NCBI GenBank assembly: GCA_038231455.1
Contig: JBBRLI010000001.1
Location: 1 to 64,000, forward strand
Direction: 5' to 3'
Length of the DNA: 64,000 nt
Source: Vulcanimicrobiales bacterium
Lineage (GTDB): Bacteria > Vulcanimicrobiota > Vulcanimicrobiia > Vulcanimicrobiales > Vulcanimicrobiaceae
The position numbers and the translations under genes were made by a program. Within the stretch, counting starts at the first letter, position 1. The number at the start of each line of letters is the position of its first letter. The notes under the pieces are model-generated. The model had not been told where the DNA came from. It worked only from the letters and a program-made list of their open reading frames with translations, and made no database searches. Of the stretch, positions 47,952 through 59,298 are shown piece by piece.

Positions 47952-48908
47952 CTATGCGACAACCACGCGACCAATTTGTTTTTCAATGCGTTCGAGCGTC
48001 TGATACGCGGGGAGCGTTTGCATGAGACTCGACTTGGGTTCGCGACCCGCCGCGATTGCCGCGAAGAACTCGCGATCTTCGAGTTCGATACCGTTCATCG
48101 AGACGTCAACTCCGGAGAGATCGATCTTGTTGTTCTTACCGTCGCTCAAATCGTCGTAGTAGGCAAGGTACGTGCCGGTATCGCCGATATACCGAAAGAA
48201 CGATCCCAGCGGTCCGTCGTTGTTGAATGAAAGTGAGAGCGTGAGGATGGCACCGGATTTGACTTTGAGCTGAATACTCATGTCCATTGCGATGCCGAGC
48301 GTCGGGTGAACCGGCCCTTGAATGGCGTTTGCGATCTCCGCTGTCTCACCGGTCTGCCACTGGAAGAGGTCGACCGTATGACACGCGTGATGCCAGAGCA
48401 AATGATCGGTCCAGCTTCGCGCTTGTCCGAGCGCATTGGTATTCGTGCGTCGGAAAAAGTATGTCTGCACGTCCATCTGCTGGATTGCAAGGTGTTTTGC
48501 CGTGATGAGGTTGTGCACGTACTGGTGGCTCGGGTTAAAGCGGCGCACGTGTCCGGCCATAACCCTCACGCCGGTCTCTTCTTGCACGCGTAAGAGATGT
48601 TCGACATCCTCAAGCGAGTCGGCGACGGGGATTTCGATCAGCACGTGTTTCCCGGCGCGCATGCACGCTTCGGCCTGCGCTCGATGGATCTGCGTTGGCG
48701 AAGCCAAGATGACCGCTTCGAGCCCGGGTTGCGCCAGCGTCTCGGCAAGATCGGTCGTCCAGTGCGGGATCTCGAATTTCTTCGCGACTTCTTGCGTTGT
48801 CTCCGGACGGCCGCCGGCAAGTGAGATAACCTTGATGCCGGCGATGTTGCGAATCGCTTCGAGATGCTTGACGCCAAAGGCCCCCTGCCCGGCGAGTGCG
48901 ACGTTCAT
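47952..48908 (-). CDS. ligC: 4-carboxy-2-hydroxymuconate-6-semialdehyde dehydrogenase
   Basis: Gfo/Idh/MocA fold; GHVRRFNPSHQ, RSWTDHLLWHHACHTVD; directly after ligB. Confidence 0.9.
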   Translation of the reverse strand: MNVALAGQGAFGVKHLEAIRNIAGIKVISLAGGRPETTQEVAKKFEIPHWTTDLAETLAQPGLEAVILASPTQIHRAQAEACMRAGKHVLIEIPVADSLEDVEHLLRVQEETGVRVMAGHVRRFNPSHQYVHNLITAKHLAIQQMDVQTYFFRRTNTNALGQARSWTDHLLWHHACHTVDLFQWQTGETAEIANAIQGPVHPTLGIAMDMSIQLKVKSGAILTLSLSFNNDGPLGSFFRYIGDTGTYLAYYDDLSDGKNNKIDLSGVDVSMNGIELEDREFFAAIAAGREPKSSLMQTLPAYQTLERIEKQIGRVVVA

Positions 48909-48935
48909 GTGTGCTGCTGTTCCTTCGTGTGCGCG

Positions 48936-50160
<1,225 letters not shown>

Positions 50161-50163
50161 CGC

Positions 50164-51039
50164 TTAGGACTCGGGCCAGTAGAGTCGCATGGGATTCTCA
50201 ACGAGGAGCTTCTGCTGCAGGTCTTGCGTCGTTGCAATACGCGGAATGAAATCGACGAGCATGCCGTCGTCCGGGACGTGCGTCTCCATATTGGGATGCG
50301 GCCAATCCGTACCCCAAAGCACGCGCTCCGGATAGCGTTCGACAAGCGCCTTGCCGAATGGCACGACGTCATCATACGGCGGACCGATTTTCGATAGACG
50401 TTCGGGGCCACTGACTTTCACCCAAATATTTTCGTGCTCGTCCATCAGGCGTAGGAAGCGCAGCCACTGCGAATGATCCGTTCCGAGTTCGACATCCGGC
50501 CGACCCATGTGGTCGACGACGACGATCGAGGGCAGCGAGGTGATGAAGCGGGCGAGGTCTTCAAGTTCGGGAGCTTCGAAATAGATGACGATATGCCAGC
50601 CGAGTTTGACGACTTTCTCGGCGACGCGCAGATAGTTCTCGCGCGGCGTGCTATCGACTAGCCGCTTGAGAAAATTGAAGCGTACACCGCGCACGCCGGC
50701 ATGATCCATTACCTTGAGTTCATCGAGCGAGATATCGGTGTCGACCACTGCGATACCGCGCGCCTTCTCCCCGGCCGCGTCGAGCGCATCGATCATCGCG
50801 CTGTTATCGGTCCCGTGGCAGCTGGCTTGGACGATCACGTTGCGATCGAACCCAAGCATGTCGCGCAGCGCGAAGAGTTGTTCCTTGGGTGCATCACCCG
50901 GCGTATACTTGCGTTTGGGCGAGTACGCAAAGACGTCGCCCGGTCCGAAGACATGGCAGTGCGCATCGACCGCACCATCGGGCACGAGGAATTTTGGTTT
51001 GGATGGGCTAGGGTGGTACGCGTTGAGATCGAGGGCCAT
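50164..51039 (-). CDS. ligI: 2-pyrone-4,6-dicarboxylate hydrolase
   Basis: DAHCHVFGP, VQASCHGTDN, GVRFNFLKRL, WGTDWPHPN. Confidence 0.92.
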   Translation of the reverse strand: MALDLNAYHPSPSKPKFLVPDGAVDAHCHVFGPGDVFAYSPKRKYTPGDAPKEQLFALRDMLGFDRNVIVQASCHGTDNSAMIDALDAAGEKARGIAVVDTDISLDELKVMDHAGVRGVRFNFLKRLVDSTPRENYLRVAEKVVKLGWHIVIYFEAPELEDLARFITSLPSIVVVDHMGRPDVELGTDHSQWLRFLRLMDEHENIWVKVSGPERLSKIGPPYDDVVPFGKALVERYPERVLWGTDWPHPNMETHVPDDGMLVDFIPRIATTQDLQQKLLVENPMRLYWPES

Positions 51040-51051
51040 TGACGCAGTTCC

Positions 51052-52074
51052 TTACCGCGATGCGGCGGCGAGTTTTGATTTGAGACGCGGGTACACGTGG
51101 TACGCATTGGTCTCAAAGATCTTGCGACGGGTCTCATCGTCGAGCCCCATCGCATCGAGATATTTTTTGGTATCGTCGTAGTTGTTGCCCGTGCGCGGAT
51201 CGATGCCGCGCACGGCGCCGACCATCTCAGACCCAAAGAGAATATTCTGGGTGGGGACGACCTTGAGCAGCAACTCGATACCGGGCAGATGGTACACGCA
51301 CGTATCGAAGAACACGTTCTTAAGCACAGACTCTTCGAGCGTCGGGCGTTTCATGTCTTGCGCAAGACCGCGGTACCGGCCCCAGTGATAGGGCACCGCG
51401 CCGCCGCCGTGCGGAATGATGAAGCGCAAGGTCGGGAAATCTTTGAACAGATCGGCTTGGATGAACTGCATGAATGCCGTCGTGTCGGCATTGATGTAAT
51501 GCGCGCCGGTGGCGTGAAAGTTCGGGTTGCACGACGAACTGACGTGAACCATCGCGGGCACGTCGAGCTCGACCATCTTCTCGTACAGCGGATACCAGAA
51601 CTTGTCCGTCAGCGGCGCCGAGGTCCAGTGGCCGCCAGAGGGATCGGGGTTCAGATTGCAGCCGATGAAGCCCAGCTCGTTCACGCAGCGTTCGAGCTCG
51701 CGAATGCTGGCCTGCACGTCGACGCCGGGCGATTGCGGCAATTGGCAGACGCCGACAAAATTCTCCGGATAGAGCCCGACGACGCGCGCGATGAGGTCGT
51801 TGCACGCGCGCGACCACGCAATGCTCGTTTGCTCGCTCCCGATGTGATGCGCCATCGCGGATGCACGCGGTGAGAAGACCGTCAGATCGATCCCGCGCTC
51901 GCGCGAGAGTTTAAGTTGCGCGCCTTCGAGACTCGCACGAATCTCATCGTCGGTGATCGTTGGATCGGTCGGATCGGGGAGCGTTCCGTTTGCGAGCTTG
52001 TCGATCTGTCCTTGACGGAACGTCTGCAGTTCGGCGGGGGCGGTCGTGTAGTGGCCGTGGCAATCGATGATCAT
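51052..52074 (-). CDS. ligJ: 4-oxalomesaconate hydratase
   Basis: MIIDCHGHYTTAP, SPRASAMAHH, PHGGGAVPYHWGR, SEMVGAV. Confidence 0.93.
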   Translation of the reverse strand: MIIDCHGHYTTAPAELQTFRQGQIDKLANGTLPDPTDPTITDDEIRASLEGAQLKLSRERGIDLTVFSPRASAMAHHIGSEQTSIAWSRACNDLIARVVGLYPENFVGVCQLPQSPGVDVQASIRELERCVNELGFIGCNLNPDPSGGHWTSAPLTDKFWYPLYEKMVELDVPAMVHVSSSCNPNFHATGAHYINADTTAFMQFIQADLFKDFPTLRFIIPHGGGAVPYHWGRYRGLAQDMKRPTLEESVLKNVFFDTCVYHLPGIELLLKVVPTQNILFGSEMVGAVRGIDPRTGNNYDDTKKYLDAMGLDDETRRKIFETNAYHVYPRLKSKLAAASR

Positions 52075-52076
52075 CG

Positions 52077-53201
52077 CTAACTCGCGTGGGTGAGGGCTGA
52101 ATCGCGAAGGCTTGCGCCCTGCCATATCGAGCCCGGGATGAGGACCTCGCCGCGCATGAGCGCGCGGGCGGTACGCAACAGCGCCGAACGCTCGACGCGC
52201 ACACCGGTCGCTCCGCCGACGACTTCCATTTCGACCGTAAAGAAGCCCGTCGGGTGTTCGATCTCAAACGAGCGCGTACCGTATTCGGCATCGCCGGTAA
52301 TCTCTGCGGCAATCGAGCCCGGCAGCGCGCAAGCCGTCGCAACGCTCACCGCGCCGAAGACCCCGATTGCCTTATGCACGACGTGCGGGATAAAATTGCG
52401 CGTTGAAATCGCGCCGCCGTTCTGCGGCGCAGAGACGAGGCACATCTTGGGTACGGTCTTCTTCGTAACATCACCAAGATTCATACGTTTACCGGCGGCC
52501 AATCGGACCCGTTCGACGCGCGATTTGAGGTCTGCATCGCCCTCGAGTTCCGCGGGCGTTTCTTGCCCGGACTTGCCAAAGTCACTCGCGCGCATGACGA
52601 CGACGGGCATGCCGTTGTCAATCATCGTGACATCGATGCCTTCGATCGTGTCGCGCACGTTGCCGGTGGGCAACAGTGCGCCGCACGTGCCGCCGGCGAT
52701 ATCCAAAAAATCGATGTTGATCGGCGCCGCCGTCCCCGGCACACCGTCGATGCGTGCGTCGCCGTCGTAGCGCACGCGTCCGCCGGGCGTCTGTACGTGC
52801 GCAACCGCAATACTCTTCGTGTTCACCATATAGATGCGAACGTCGGTGACGTCGCCGCTCGGTTTGACGAGCCCCTGCTCGATCGCAAATGGACCGATTC
52901 CGGCGAGCATATTGCCGCAGTTCTGTCCGGCATCCACGTGCGCTTCGTTTACGACGACCTGGAGGAACAGATAGTCGACGTCGACGTTCGGGACGCTCGG
53001 CGGACCGACGATAGCGACTTTACTCGTGAGCGAATCGGCCCCACCTAGACCATCGATCTGCCGCGCATCGGGCGAGCCCATGGCGGCGAGCAACACGACG
53101 TCGCGCGTCGCGACGTCCGCCGGCAAGCTTGCCGCAAGAAAAAATGGGCCTTTCGAGGTTCCCCCACGCATCAACGTACACGGAATCGCGATTTGGTTCA
53201 T
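52077..53201 (-). CDS. ligU: 4-oxalomesaconate tautomerase (PrpF family)
   Basis: MRGGTSKG, RQIDGLGG..LTSKVA, QNCGN, EHPTG, LRTAR. Confidence 0.9.
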   Translation of the reverse strand: MNQIAIPCTLMRGGTSKGPFFLAASLPADVATRDVVLLAAMGSPDARQIDGLGGADSLTSKVAIVGPPSVPNVDVDYLFLQVVVNEAHVDAGQNCGNMLAGIGPFAIEQGLVKPSGDVTDVRIYMVNTKSIAVAHVQTPGGRVRYDGDARIDGVPGTAAPINIDFLDIAGGTCGALLPTGNVRDTIEGIDVTMIDNGMPVVVMRASDFGKSGQETPAELEGDADLKSRVERVRLAAGKRMNLGDVTKKTVPKMCLVSAPQNGGAISTRNFIPHVVHKAIGVFGAVSVATACALPGSIAAEITGDAEYGTRSFEIEHPTGFFTVEMEVVGGATGVRVERSALLRTARALMRGEVLIPGSIWQGASLRDSALTHAS

Positions 53202-53267
53202 CTGCTACCTTCGGCTATTCGATGCATCGATTTAGAACTTCAGCCCGGCCCGCGCCGAACCTCTGCG

Positions 53268-54305
53268 CTAGCCGGGGCGAGCCGCGCGCGTTGCGATATC
53301 GGCGTCGACGACGTCCGCGAACGCGTTTCCGCCCGGTGCAGCATAACCCGTATACCGGTGAAATTCGAGCGCCTTCTGGTAGGCGACCGGCTCGACTTTC
53401 GGCGTGGTCGGAAGCGCCGGAAGATACGCCGAGAGGAGCTTTCCGATCGTCTCGTCGTCCAGCTGCGCGTCGTACTTTCGGAAAAGCGCGCGTGCATGCT
53501 CTTTATCATTCTTGATGAACGCCTCCGCACGGCCGATCGCCCGAACGAACGCGACGATTGCATCGCCTTTTTTTGCGATCGTGTCGGGCTTCGCATAGAT
53601 CACGCCATGCAGTTCGCCATGCATCGCGGCAACATCACCCGCCGCGGGCATAACGAGGGCACGGCCGAGATGCTGCGTCTCCGCAACCATCGAAAGCGGC
53701 CAGGCAAACGAAACGCCGTCGATGCGACCGGTTCGCATCGCGGCGAGAATCGCGGCCTGATCGGTGCCGACGTTGACGAGTTCGAGATCCCGGGTTGGAT
53801 CGAGACCCGCGTTCCGCAACAGATAGACCATGAGCGCTTCCGTGCCGGAGCCGGGGCCCGTAATCCCGATCTTCTTGCCCTTCAATGCAAGAATGCGTTC
53901 GTGCAGCGGCTTGCTGCGCGCGGTCTTCGTCGCATCGAAGAATTGGTTCGAGCCAATCACGTCGACGTAATAGCCATTGACCAGCGAACCGACGATCTTC
54001 ACCGGCCGCGAGGCCTTCAACAGCGCGAAGACGTCGGTAATGACGGAGCAACCGACGTCGATACTCCCCGATGTCATTGCCGCGCCCACGACGGCGCCGG
54101 ACTGGAAGGCCGTAATCGTCGGATCGACACCGGCATCGCGGAAATAACCGTTCTCTTGCGCTACGAAGAGCGGAAAGAACGCGACCGAATTGTTCCCAAT
54201 CTGACCGACTGTTACGGGGAGCGCGGCTGCGCCCGCAGGCCGCGGCGAAACGGCGGCAGCAAGCATGCCCGCGAGAGCTTGAGCGCGTGAGAGCGTGGTC
54301 TTCAT
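53268..54305 (-). CDS. NitT/TauT-type ABC substrate-binding protein
   Basis: Leader peptide; PLFVAQENGYF, LKGKKIGITGPGSGT. Confidence 0.87.
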   Translation of the reverse strand: MKTTLSRAQALAGMLAAAVSPRPAGAAALPVTVGQIGNNSVAFFPLFVAQENGYFRDAGVDPTITAFQSGAVVGAAMTSGSIDVGCSVITDVFALLKASRPVKIVGSLVNGYYVDVIGSNQFFDATKTARSKPLHERILALKGKKIGITGPGSGTEALMVYLLRNAGLDPTRDLELVNVGTDQAAILAAMRTGRIDGVSFAWPLSMVAETQHLGRALVMPAAGDVAAMHGELHGVIYAKPDTIAKKGDAIVAFVRAIGRAEAFIKNDKEHARALFRKYDAQLDDETIGKLLSAYLPALPTTPKVEPVAYQKALEFHRYTGYAAPGGNAFADVVDADIATRAARPG

Positions 54306-54408
54306 TGCGCACTCTGCGTGAACCGATGGACGATTTACTTCAATTTCCGCAGCGTAGCGCGCAAAGTCGGCGCATCCGATACCGTTTGTCAGCCCGCGAC
54401 GAGTGCGC

Positions 54409-55191
54409 CTACGTCCCGCGAATCGCTATTGAAGGGTCGGACTTCCAGCGCGACGTCCGCCGGTCGATCGCATCGACGAGCGCGTTGAGCAAGAGCGCGA
54501 CGACCGTTAAGACAAGCAATGCGGCAAACACGCCCGCTGTGTCGTACTGGCTGCCGGATGAGGCAATGAGATACCCGATGCCGCGATTGGAAGCGATCAA
54601 TTCACCGATGATCGCTCCAATAAGCGCGTATGGGATCGCGATGCGAACGCCCGTAAGCGCCCAACTGAGCGCCGATGGCACGATCACGTGCAATAAGACC
54701 TGCCTACGGCTCGCACCCATGAGCCAGACCGCATCGAGCAGGTCGCGATCGACATTGCGCACGCCAGCGAGCGTATTGAAAAACACGATGAAGACGACCG
54801 TCACGGCCGCCAAAATCACTTTCATCGGCATCCCGATACCGAACCAAACGACGAAGAGCGGCGCCAAAGCCACTTTGGGAACACTGTAGAATGCAAGAAT
54901 GAATGGATCGAGGAGTTCGGCAAGCGTGCGATTCTGACCGATCAGAAAACCAAGTACGATCCCCGCCACGGCACCGATCGCAAAGCCGATCAGCGTCTCC
55001 TCGATCGTAATCGTCGAATGAAACCAGAGCGTCCCATCCAGCGTCCATTTCACGAGGTGTTGCCAAATGGCACCCGGGCTCGAGAGGGTCGTCGCGTCAA
55101 TGAGTTTGGTCGTGGCGCCAATCTGCCAAACCGCGACGAACGCGATCGCAAGCCCGATACGGCCAATTAGAAGGCCCAGATTCCGGGTCAC
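54409..55191 (-). CDS. NitT/TauT-type ABC permease
   Basis: SVPKVALAPL, MGASRRQ EAA loop, GELIAS. Confidence 0.9.
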   Translation of the reverse strand: MTRNLGLLIGRIGLAIAFVAVWQIGATTKLIDATTLSSPGAIWQHLVKWTLDGTLWFHSTITIEETLIGFAIGAVAGIVLGFLIGQNRTLAELLDPFILAFYSVPKVALAPLFVVWFGIGMPMKVILAAVTVVFIVFFNTLAGVRNVDRDLLDAVWLMGASRRQVLLHVIVPSALSWALTGVRIAIPYALIGAIIGELIASNRGIGYLIASSGSQYDTAGVFAALLVLTVVALLLNALVDAIDRRTSRWKSDPSIAIRGT

Positions 55192-55958
55192 GCGACGCTC
55201 GCGTGCTCGCCGATCGCGACGAGCAACTCGTCGTGCATTTCGGCGAAGCGGGCTTCACTGCGCACGGCGCGCAGATTGCGTGGACGTTGAAATTCCACGC
55301 GGCGGTCGAGGACGATGCGGCCGCCTTCACGCAGCACGATCACGCGGTCCGCGAGCATCAAGGCTTCATCGATGTCGTGCGTCACGAAGATGACCGTTTT
55401 TTGGGAACCTTGCCAAAGACGGAGCAATTCGGTCTGCAAATCGGCTCGCAGTTGTGCGTCCAGAGCCCCGAACGGCTCGTCGAGGAGTAGGAGGTGCGGA
55501 TCGCGCGCGAGCATCCGCGCTAGCGAGGCGCGACGTTGCATGCCCCCCGAGAGCTCCCGTGGATAGCGCCGCTCGGCGTGCGCAAGACCGACCACGTCGA
55601 GCAGTTCCCGCGCACGCGATTCAGATTCGATTTTTGAACGCCCGGAAAGTTCCAGCGGCATCGATACGTTCCGCAACACGGTGCGCCACGGAAGAAGGGT
55701 CTCTTTTTGCGTCATGTAGCCAACATCGGCACGCGGATAGGCGGCGAGGGTTCCATCGAAGGTAATGCACCCGCTCGTCGGCGGGATCAGACCGGCGATT
55801 ACGTTGAGCAACGTCGATTTTCCGCAGCCACTGCGACCGACGATCGCGACGAAACTGCCGCGCTCGATTTGCAAATCGATATGCGCGAGGACTTCCACGG
55901 AGTCGCCTCCGCGAGCAAAAACTTTCCCGAGATCCTCGATGCCGATCGCCGCGCTCAC
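55188..55958 (-). CDS. NitT/TauT-type ABC ATP-binding protein
   Basis: GRSGCGKST, LSGGM, LDEPFGALD, VTHD. Confidence 0.92.
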   Translation of the reverse strand: MSAAIGIEDLGKVFARGGDSVEVLAHIDLQIERGSFVAIVGRSGCGKSTLLNVIAGLIPPTSGCITFDGTLAAYPRADVGYMTQKETLLPWRTVLRNVSMPLELSGRSKIESESRARELLDVVGLAHAERRYPRELSGGMQRRASLARMLARDPHLLLLDEPFGALDAQLRADLQTELLRLWQGSQKTVIFVTHDIDEALMLADRVIVLREGGRIVLDRRVEFQRPRNLRAVRSEARFAEMHDELLVAIGEHASVA

Positions 55959-56599
55959 GCGCCGCCGGCCTCGACAATCGCACGCAGATTGTTGATGTCG
56001 TACGAATGCAAACCAGCGTCGTACTTCGCGCGCGCCGCCACTTCGGTCTCGTAGCGTTTCCGCGTGGCAACGAGCACGTCGTCGATGCGGTGCTGGGCGA
56101 CAACGCATGCGCCGTCGGTATCGAGCACGACGATATCGCCCGGGTTGATCGTCGAGCCACCGACGACGACGGGCACATCGAGTTCGCCGACGACCCTCTT
56201 CGCTGCGCCGCGGACGTTGATCCAGTGCGCCCACACGGGCAGCCCCATCGTCGCAAGTTCTTCGGCATCGCGTACCGAGGCATCCACGAGCACGCCCGCG
56301 GCACCCGCGACTTTGATTTGCGTGAGTAAGAGTTCGCCGATCAGCGCGACGGGACGCGGCTCGATCATCGTGAGCACGACGATCTCGCCCGGAACGATGC
56401 GCTCGATGCAGGCGTGGACCATCAGGTTGTCGTCTTGCGCGCACTTGACGGTTCGCGCGGGACCGGCCGCACGGCTGCGCGGAATCAGCTGGTGGAACGG
56501 CACGTCGATGAGGCCTTCTTTGCCGGAGGCTTCATACACCGTTGCGACGCCGAGTGTGGCGAATTCTGCGTAGAGTTCGGGACTACGGGCGAGAGGCAC
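55955..56599 (-). CDS. ligK: HMG/CHA aldolase (RraA family)
   Basis: LGVATVYEA, DDNLMVH, IGELL, VRD, PGDIVV.D.DG; pathway context. Confidence 0.8.
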   Translation of the reverse strand: MPLARSPELYAEFATLGVATVYEASGKEGLIDVPFHQLIPRSRAAGPARTVKCAQDDNLMVHACIERIVPGEIVVLTMIEPRPVALIGELLLTQIKVAGAAGVLVDASVRDAEELATMGLPVWAHWINVRGAAKRVVGELDVPVVVGGSTINPGDIVVLDTDGACVVAQHRIDDVLVATRKRYETEVAARAKYDAGLHSYDINNLRAIVEAGGA

Positions 56600-57374
56600 G
56601 GTCGGAGGCTCCTTGTTCGCGAGTGATGCGTTCGAGCGACGCGGCCGTCGCGGCGCTGATCGTCGATGGGACACCAAGCTCGTCGAGTAAGGCCGTCGCG
56701 TCCTGCATTTCGTGCGCGCGGCGCTTGGCGTGTTTGTAAGTCCCCTCCACGACACGGTCGAGCAAAGCGGCATCCGCGGCGACGAACGTACGCGCGATAT
56801 CTGCGCGCAACCACGCTTCAACCCCGACCGCGCGGGCCGCTTCGAGTGCCTCACAGACGGCCGCCGACATGCCTTTAAAGAAGACCGAGCGGGTCAGTTT
56901 GCGCGCCGCCGCATCGCCGGGCCGCTCGCCGACGATCTCGACCGGCGTGCCAAAGGAACGGTAGACCCGCGCGAGTTCTTCTGAGCCCGCACCGGCGAGA
57001 AACATGGGCACGCGGATGCCAAGGCCGGGGACGGGTGCCATCATGGCGACGTCGACGAAGGCCGCACCACTCGGCGCGACGATCGCGGCGAGTTCTTGCT
57101 TGAGTGCGGGACCCGACGTGTTGTGATCGGCGAAAATCATCCCCGATTGCAGAAGCGGGAACGCTTCGCGTGCGACATCGGCTGCGACGGTTGCCCAATT
57201 GACGGAGATGACGATGTCGGCACCACGCACGGCCTCGGCAAAATTCGCTGATATCGGAATCTCGCTCAAGTCGCCGTGCAAATCGGGATCCCAGCCGCGC
57301 ACCTGCGCTCCCGCACGGACCAAGTCGCGCGCGAGCAACGCACCCGCTTCACCAAGACCCAATATCGCGATCAC
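56583..57374 (-). CDS. NAD(P)-dependent dehydrogenase (6PGD/beta-hydroxyacid type, DUF1932-like)
   Basis: GLGEAG, DVAMMAPVP, KLTRSVFFKG, HAKRRAHEM. Confidence 0.82.
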   Translation of the reverse strand: MIAILGLGEAGALLARDLVRAGAQVRGWDPDLHGDLSEIPISANFAEAVRGADIVISVNWATVAADVAREAFPLLQSGMIFADHNTSGPALKQELAAIVAPSGAAFVDVAMMAPVPGLGIRVPMFLAGAGSEELARVYRSFGTPVEIVGERPGDAAARKLTRSVFFKGMSAAVCEALEAARAVGVEAWLRADIARTFVAADAALLDRVVEGTYKHAKRRAHEMQDATALLDELGVPSTISAATAASLERITREQGASDRASRP

Positions 57375-58315
57375 GTCCAGATAAGGTCTTTCGCCGAGAA
57401 CTTCGCGGGAATGTCGTGGAAGTACGCAGCGGCATCGATAACGGGTTGGATGAGCGCGGGTTCTGTCGTTACGGCACCTTGCGTTCGTGCCATCTTCTTC
57501 ACTTTTTCCGGGTCGAGCCCGGTGAACTTCGCGATATCGTCGACGGTCGCCGCGTGGTGCGTGTTGCTGTACAGCGCCGACTCGTGCACGACGCGTTGAA
57601 ACTGCTTCACCGCATCGCGATTCGCATCGGCCCACGCCCGCATCGCGACGTACGCGGTGAACATGAACTTCGGCGAGATCGCATCGAAGGTGCGCGCGAT
57701 AACTTTTAGCTTCCCGGCTTCAAGCGCCGAACTGAGGATCGGCTCGTTTGCCGAACCGGCATCGACGCGGCCGGCTTCGATCGCCGCACCGATCGCGCTA
57801 ATCGGAATTTCGACCAGCTTGAGCGACGCGGGATTGCCGCCGTTCTTCTCCATCCACGTGCGCATCGCTAGCGTGAAGATGTCGTTGAGCGCGCCGACGG
57901 CGATCGTCTTGCCGTTGAGGTCCGCGGCTTTCCTGATCGGCGAATCCGTTTTTACCATGAGACCGGCGATCGGATTGTCTTTGGTCGACATACCGCCGGG
58001 AGCGACGATCACAAAGGGAATGCCTTTGCCGTGCGCGTCGATGAGCGGGTTGAGACTGACCTTGCCGATTTGATACGCGCCGCCCGCAATTCCGCTCGCA
58101 ACGGAGGGACCGCTACGCTGCACTTGCATCGTGACGTCGAGCCCGGCTTTGCGGAATGCGCCGCTCGAAATCGCAAAGAGTACGGGTGTCGCCGAGTCTT
58201 CCGGCAGGCCCGCCATCGTGATCGTAGCGAGTTTCTGCTGGGCGAAAGCGGCGCGCGGGACGAGGAGCGTACTTGCGAGGGCGGCAAGTGCGGTGCGACG
58301 AGTAGGGTGGCTCAT
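57371..58315 (-). CDS. Second NitT/TauT-type substrate-binding protein
   Basis: MSHPTRRTAL leader after AAGGAG; DLNGKTIAV, GRVDA. Confidence 0.87.
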   Translation of the reverse strand: MSHPTRRTALAALASTLLVPRAAFAQQKLATITMAGLPEDSATPVLFAISSGAFRKAGLDVTMQVQRSGPSVASGIAGGAYQIGKVSLNPLIDAHGKGIPFVIVAPGGMSTKDNPIAGLMVKTDSPIRKAADLNGKTIAVGALNDIFTLAMRTWMEKNGGNPASLKLVEIPISAIGAAIEAGRVDAGSANEPILSSALEAGKLKVIARTFDAISPKFMFTAYVAMRAWADANRDAVKQFQRVVHESALYSNTHHAATVDDIAKFTGLDPEKVKKMARTQGAVTTEPALIQPVIDAAAYFHDIPAKFSAKDLIWT

Positions 58316-58331
58316 GACGGACTCCTTGATG

Positions 58332-59207
58332 TTAGTGGACGGGATTCGCAAGCTCGCCGAGCGCACCGATCGTGATGCGCACGCGATCGCCGGCGTGCAG
58401 ATATTTTGGGGGCGTGAAACCGATCCCGACACCCGCCGGCGTTCCGGTCGCGATAATGTCGCCGCTCACTAAACGCGTCGTGGCGGAAATCGTCTCGATG
58501 ATCGTCGGGATGTCGAAGATCAAGTCGGCGACCGATGCGTTCTGACGGAGCTCGTCATTGACAAACGTCTGCAGTTGAAGTGCGGTGACGTCCGGGACTT
58601 CATCGGCCGTCACGAGATACGGACCCATCGGACAGAACGTCTCGATGCTCTTGCCGATGAACCACTGCTTGTGTTTGCTCTGCAGCTCGCGTGAGGTGAC
58701 ATCGTTGACGATCGTATAACCATAGACGTGCTTCATGGCACCTGCACGCGAGACGCGGTAGGCCGGTTCGCCGATGATGACGCCGAGTTCGCCTTCATAG
58801 TCGACGGTCGCCGTGGGGTCGTTCGAGGCAAGGATCGCGGCGCCCGGCGCGATCACCGATGAGGGATGTTTGACGAAGACGATGGGAACGTCGGGAATTG
58901 CCGACGTACCGGCGGTGGAGTCGAAGCCGCTACCGTGAAATTCCGCAGCATGCTCGCGATAGTTTTTCCCGACACACATGATCGTGTGTGTCGGACGCGG
59001 GAACGGCGCCAAAAGTTCGACGTCCATCAGGTTGAAAACGACCGTCATTTCGTTCGCTGCGAGTTCGCGCGCGGCGACGAGACCCGTTTCACCCAGCGCA
59101 ACGAACGTCTCCAGATCCGGGGCGAGGGACGACAAGTCGGCAAAACCGTCCGCGACAACGACGCCGAAACGCGATTTCCCACGCACGGAAAAAGATGCAA
59201 AACGCAC
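58332..59207 (-). CDS. Fumarylacetoacetate hydrolase family protein
   Basis: CVGKNYREH, VDYEGEL, NDVTSR, GKS..TFCPMGP, TGTPAGVG. Confidence 0.92.
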   Translation of the reverse strand: MRFASFSVRGKSRFGVVVADGFADLSSLAPDLETFVALGETGLVAARELAANEMTVVFNLMDVELLAPFPRPTHTIMCVGKNYREHAAEFHGSGFDSTAGTSAIPDVPIVFVKHPSSVIAPGAAILASNDPTATVDYEGELGVIIGEPAYRVSRAGAMKHVYGYTIVNDVTSRELQSKHKQWFIGKSIETFCPMGPYLVTADEVPDVTALQLQTFVNDELRQNASVADLIFDIPTIIETISATTRLVSGDIIATGTPAGVGIGFTPPKYLHAGDRVRITIGALGELANPVH

Positions 59208-59298
59208 TTCGCCCCGTTTCTTTGCACGGGTCCAATGGCCTCGTGCGGACGAGCGACGAGAGGGTTCGCATCAAAACGCGCACCATTGGTTCGTTGCT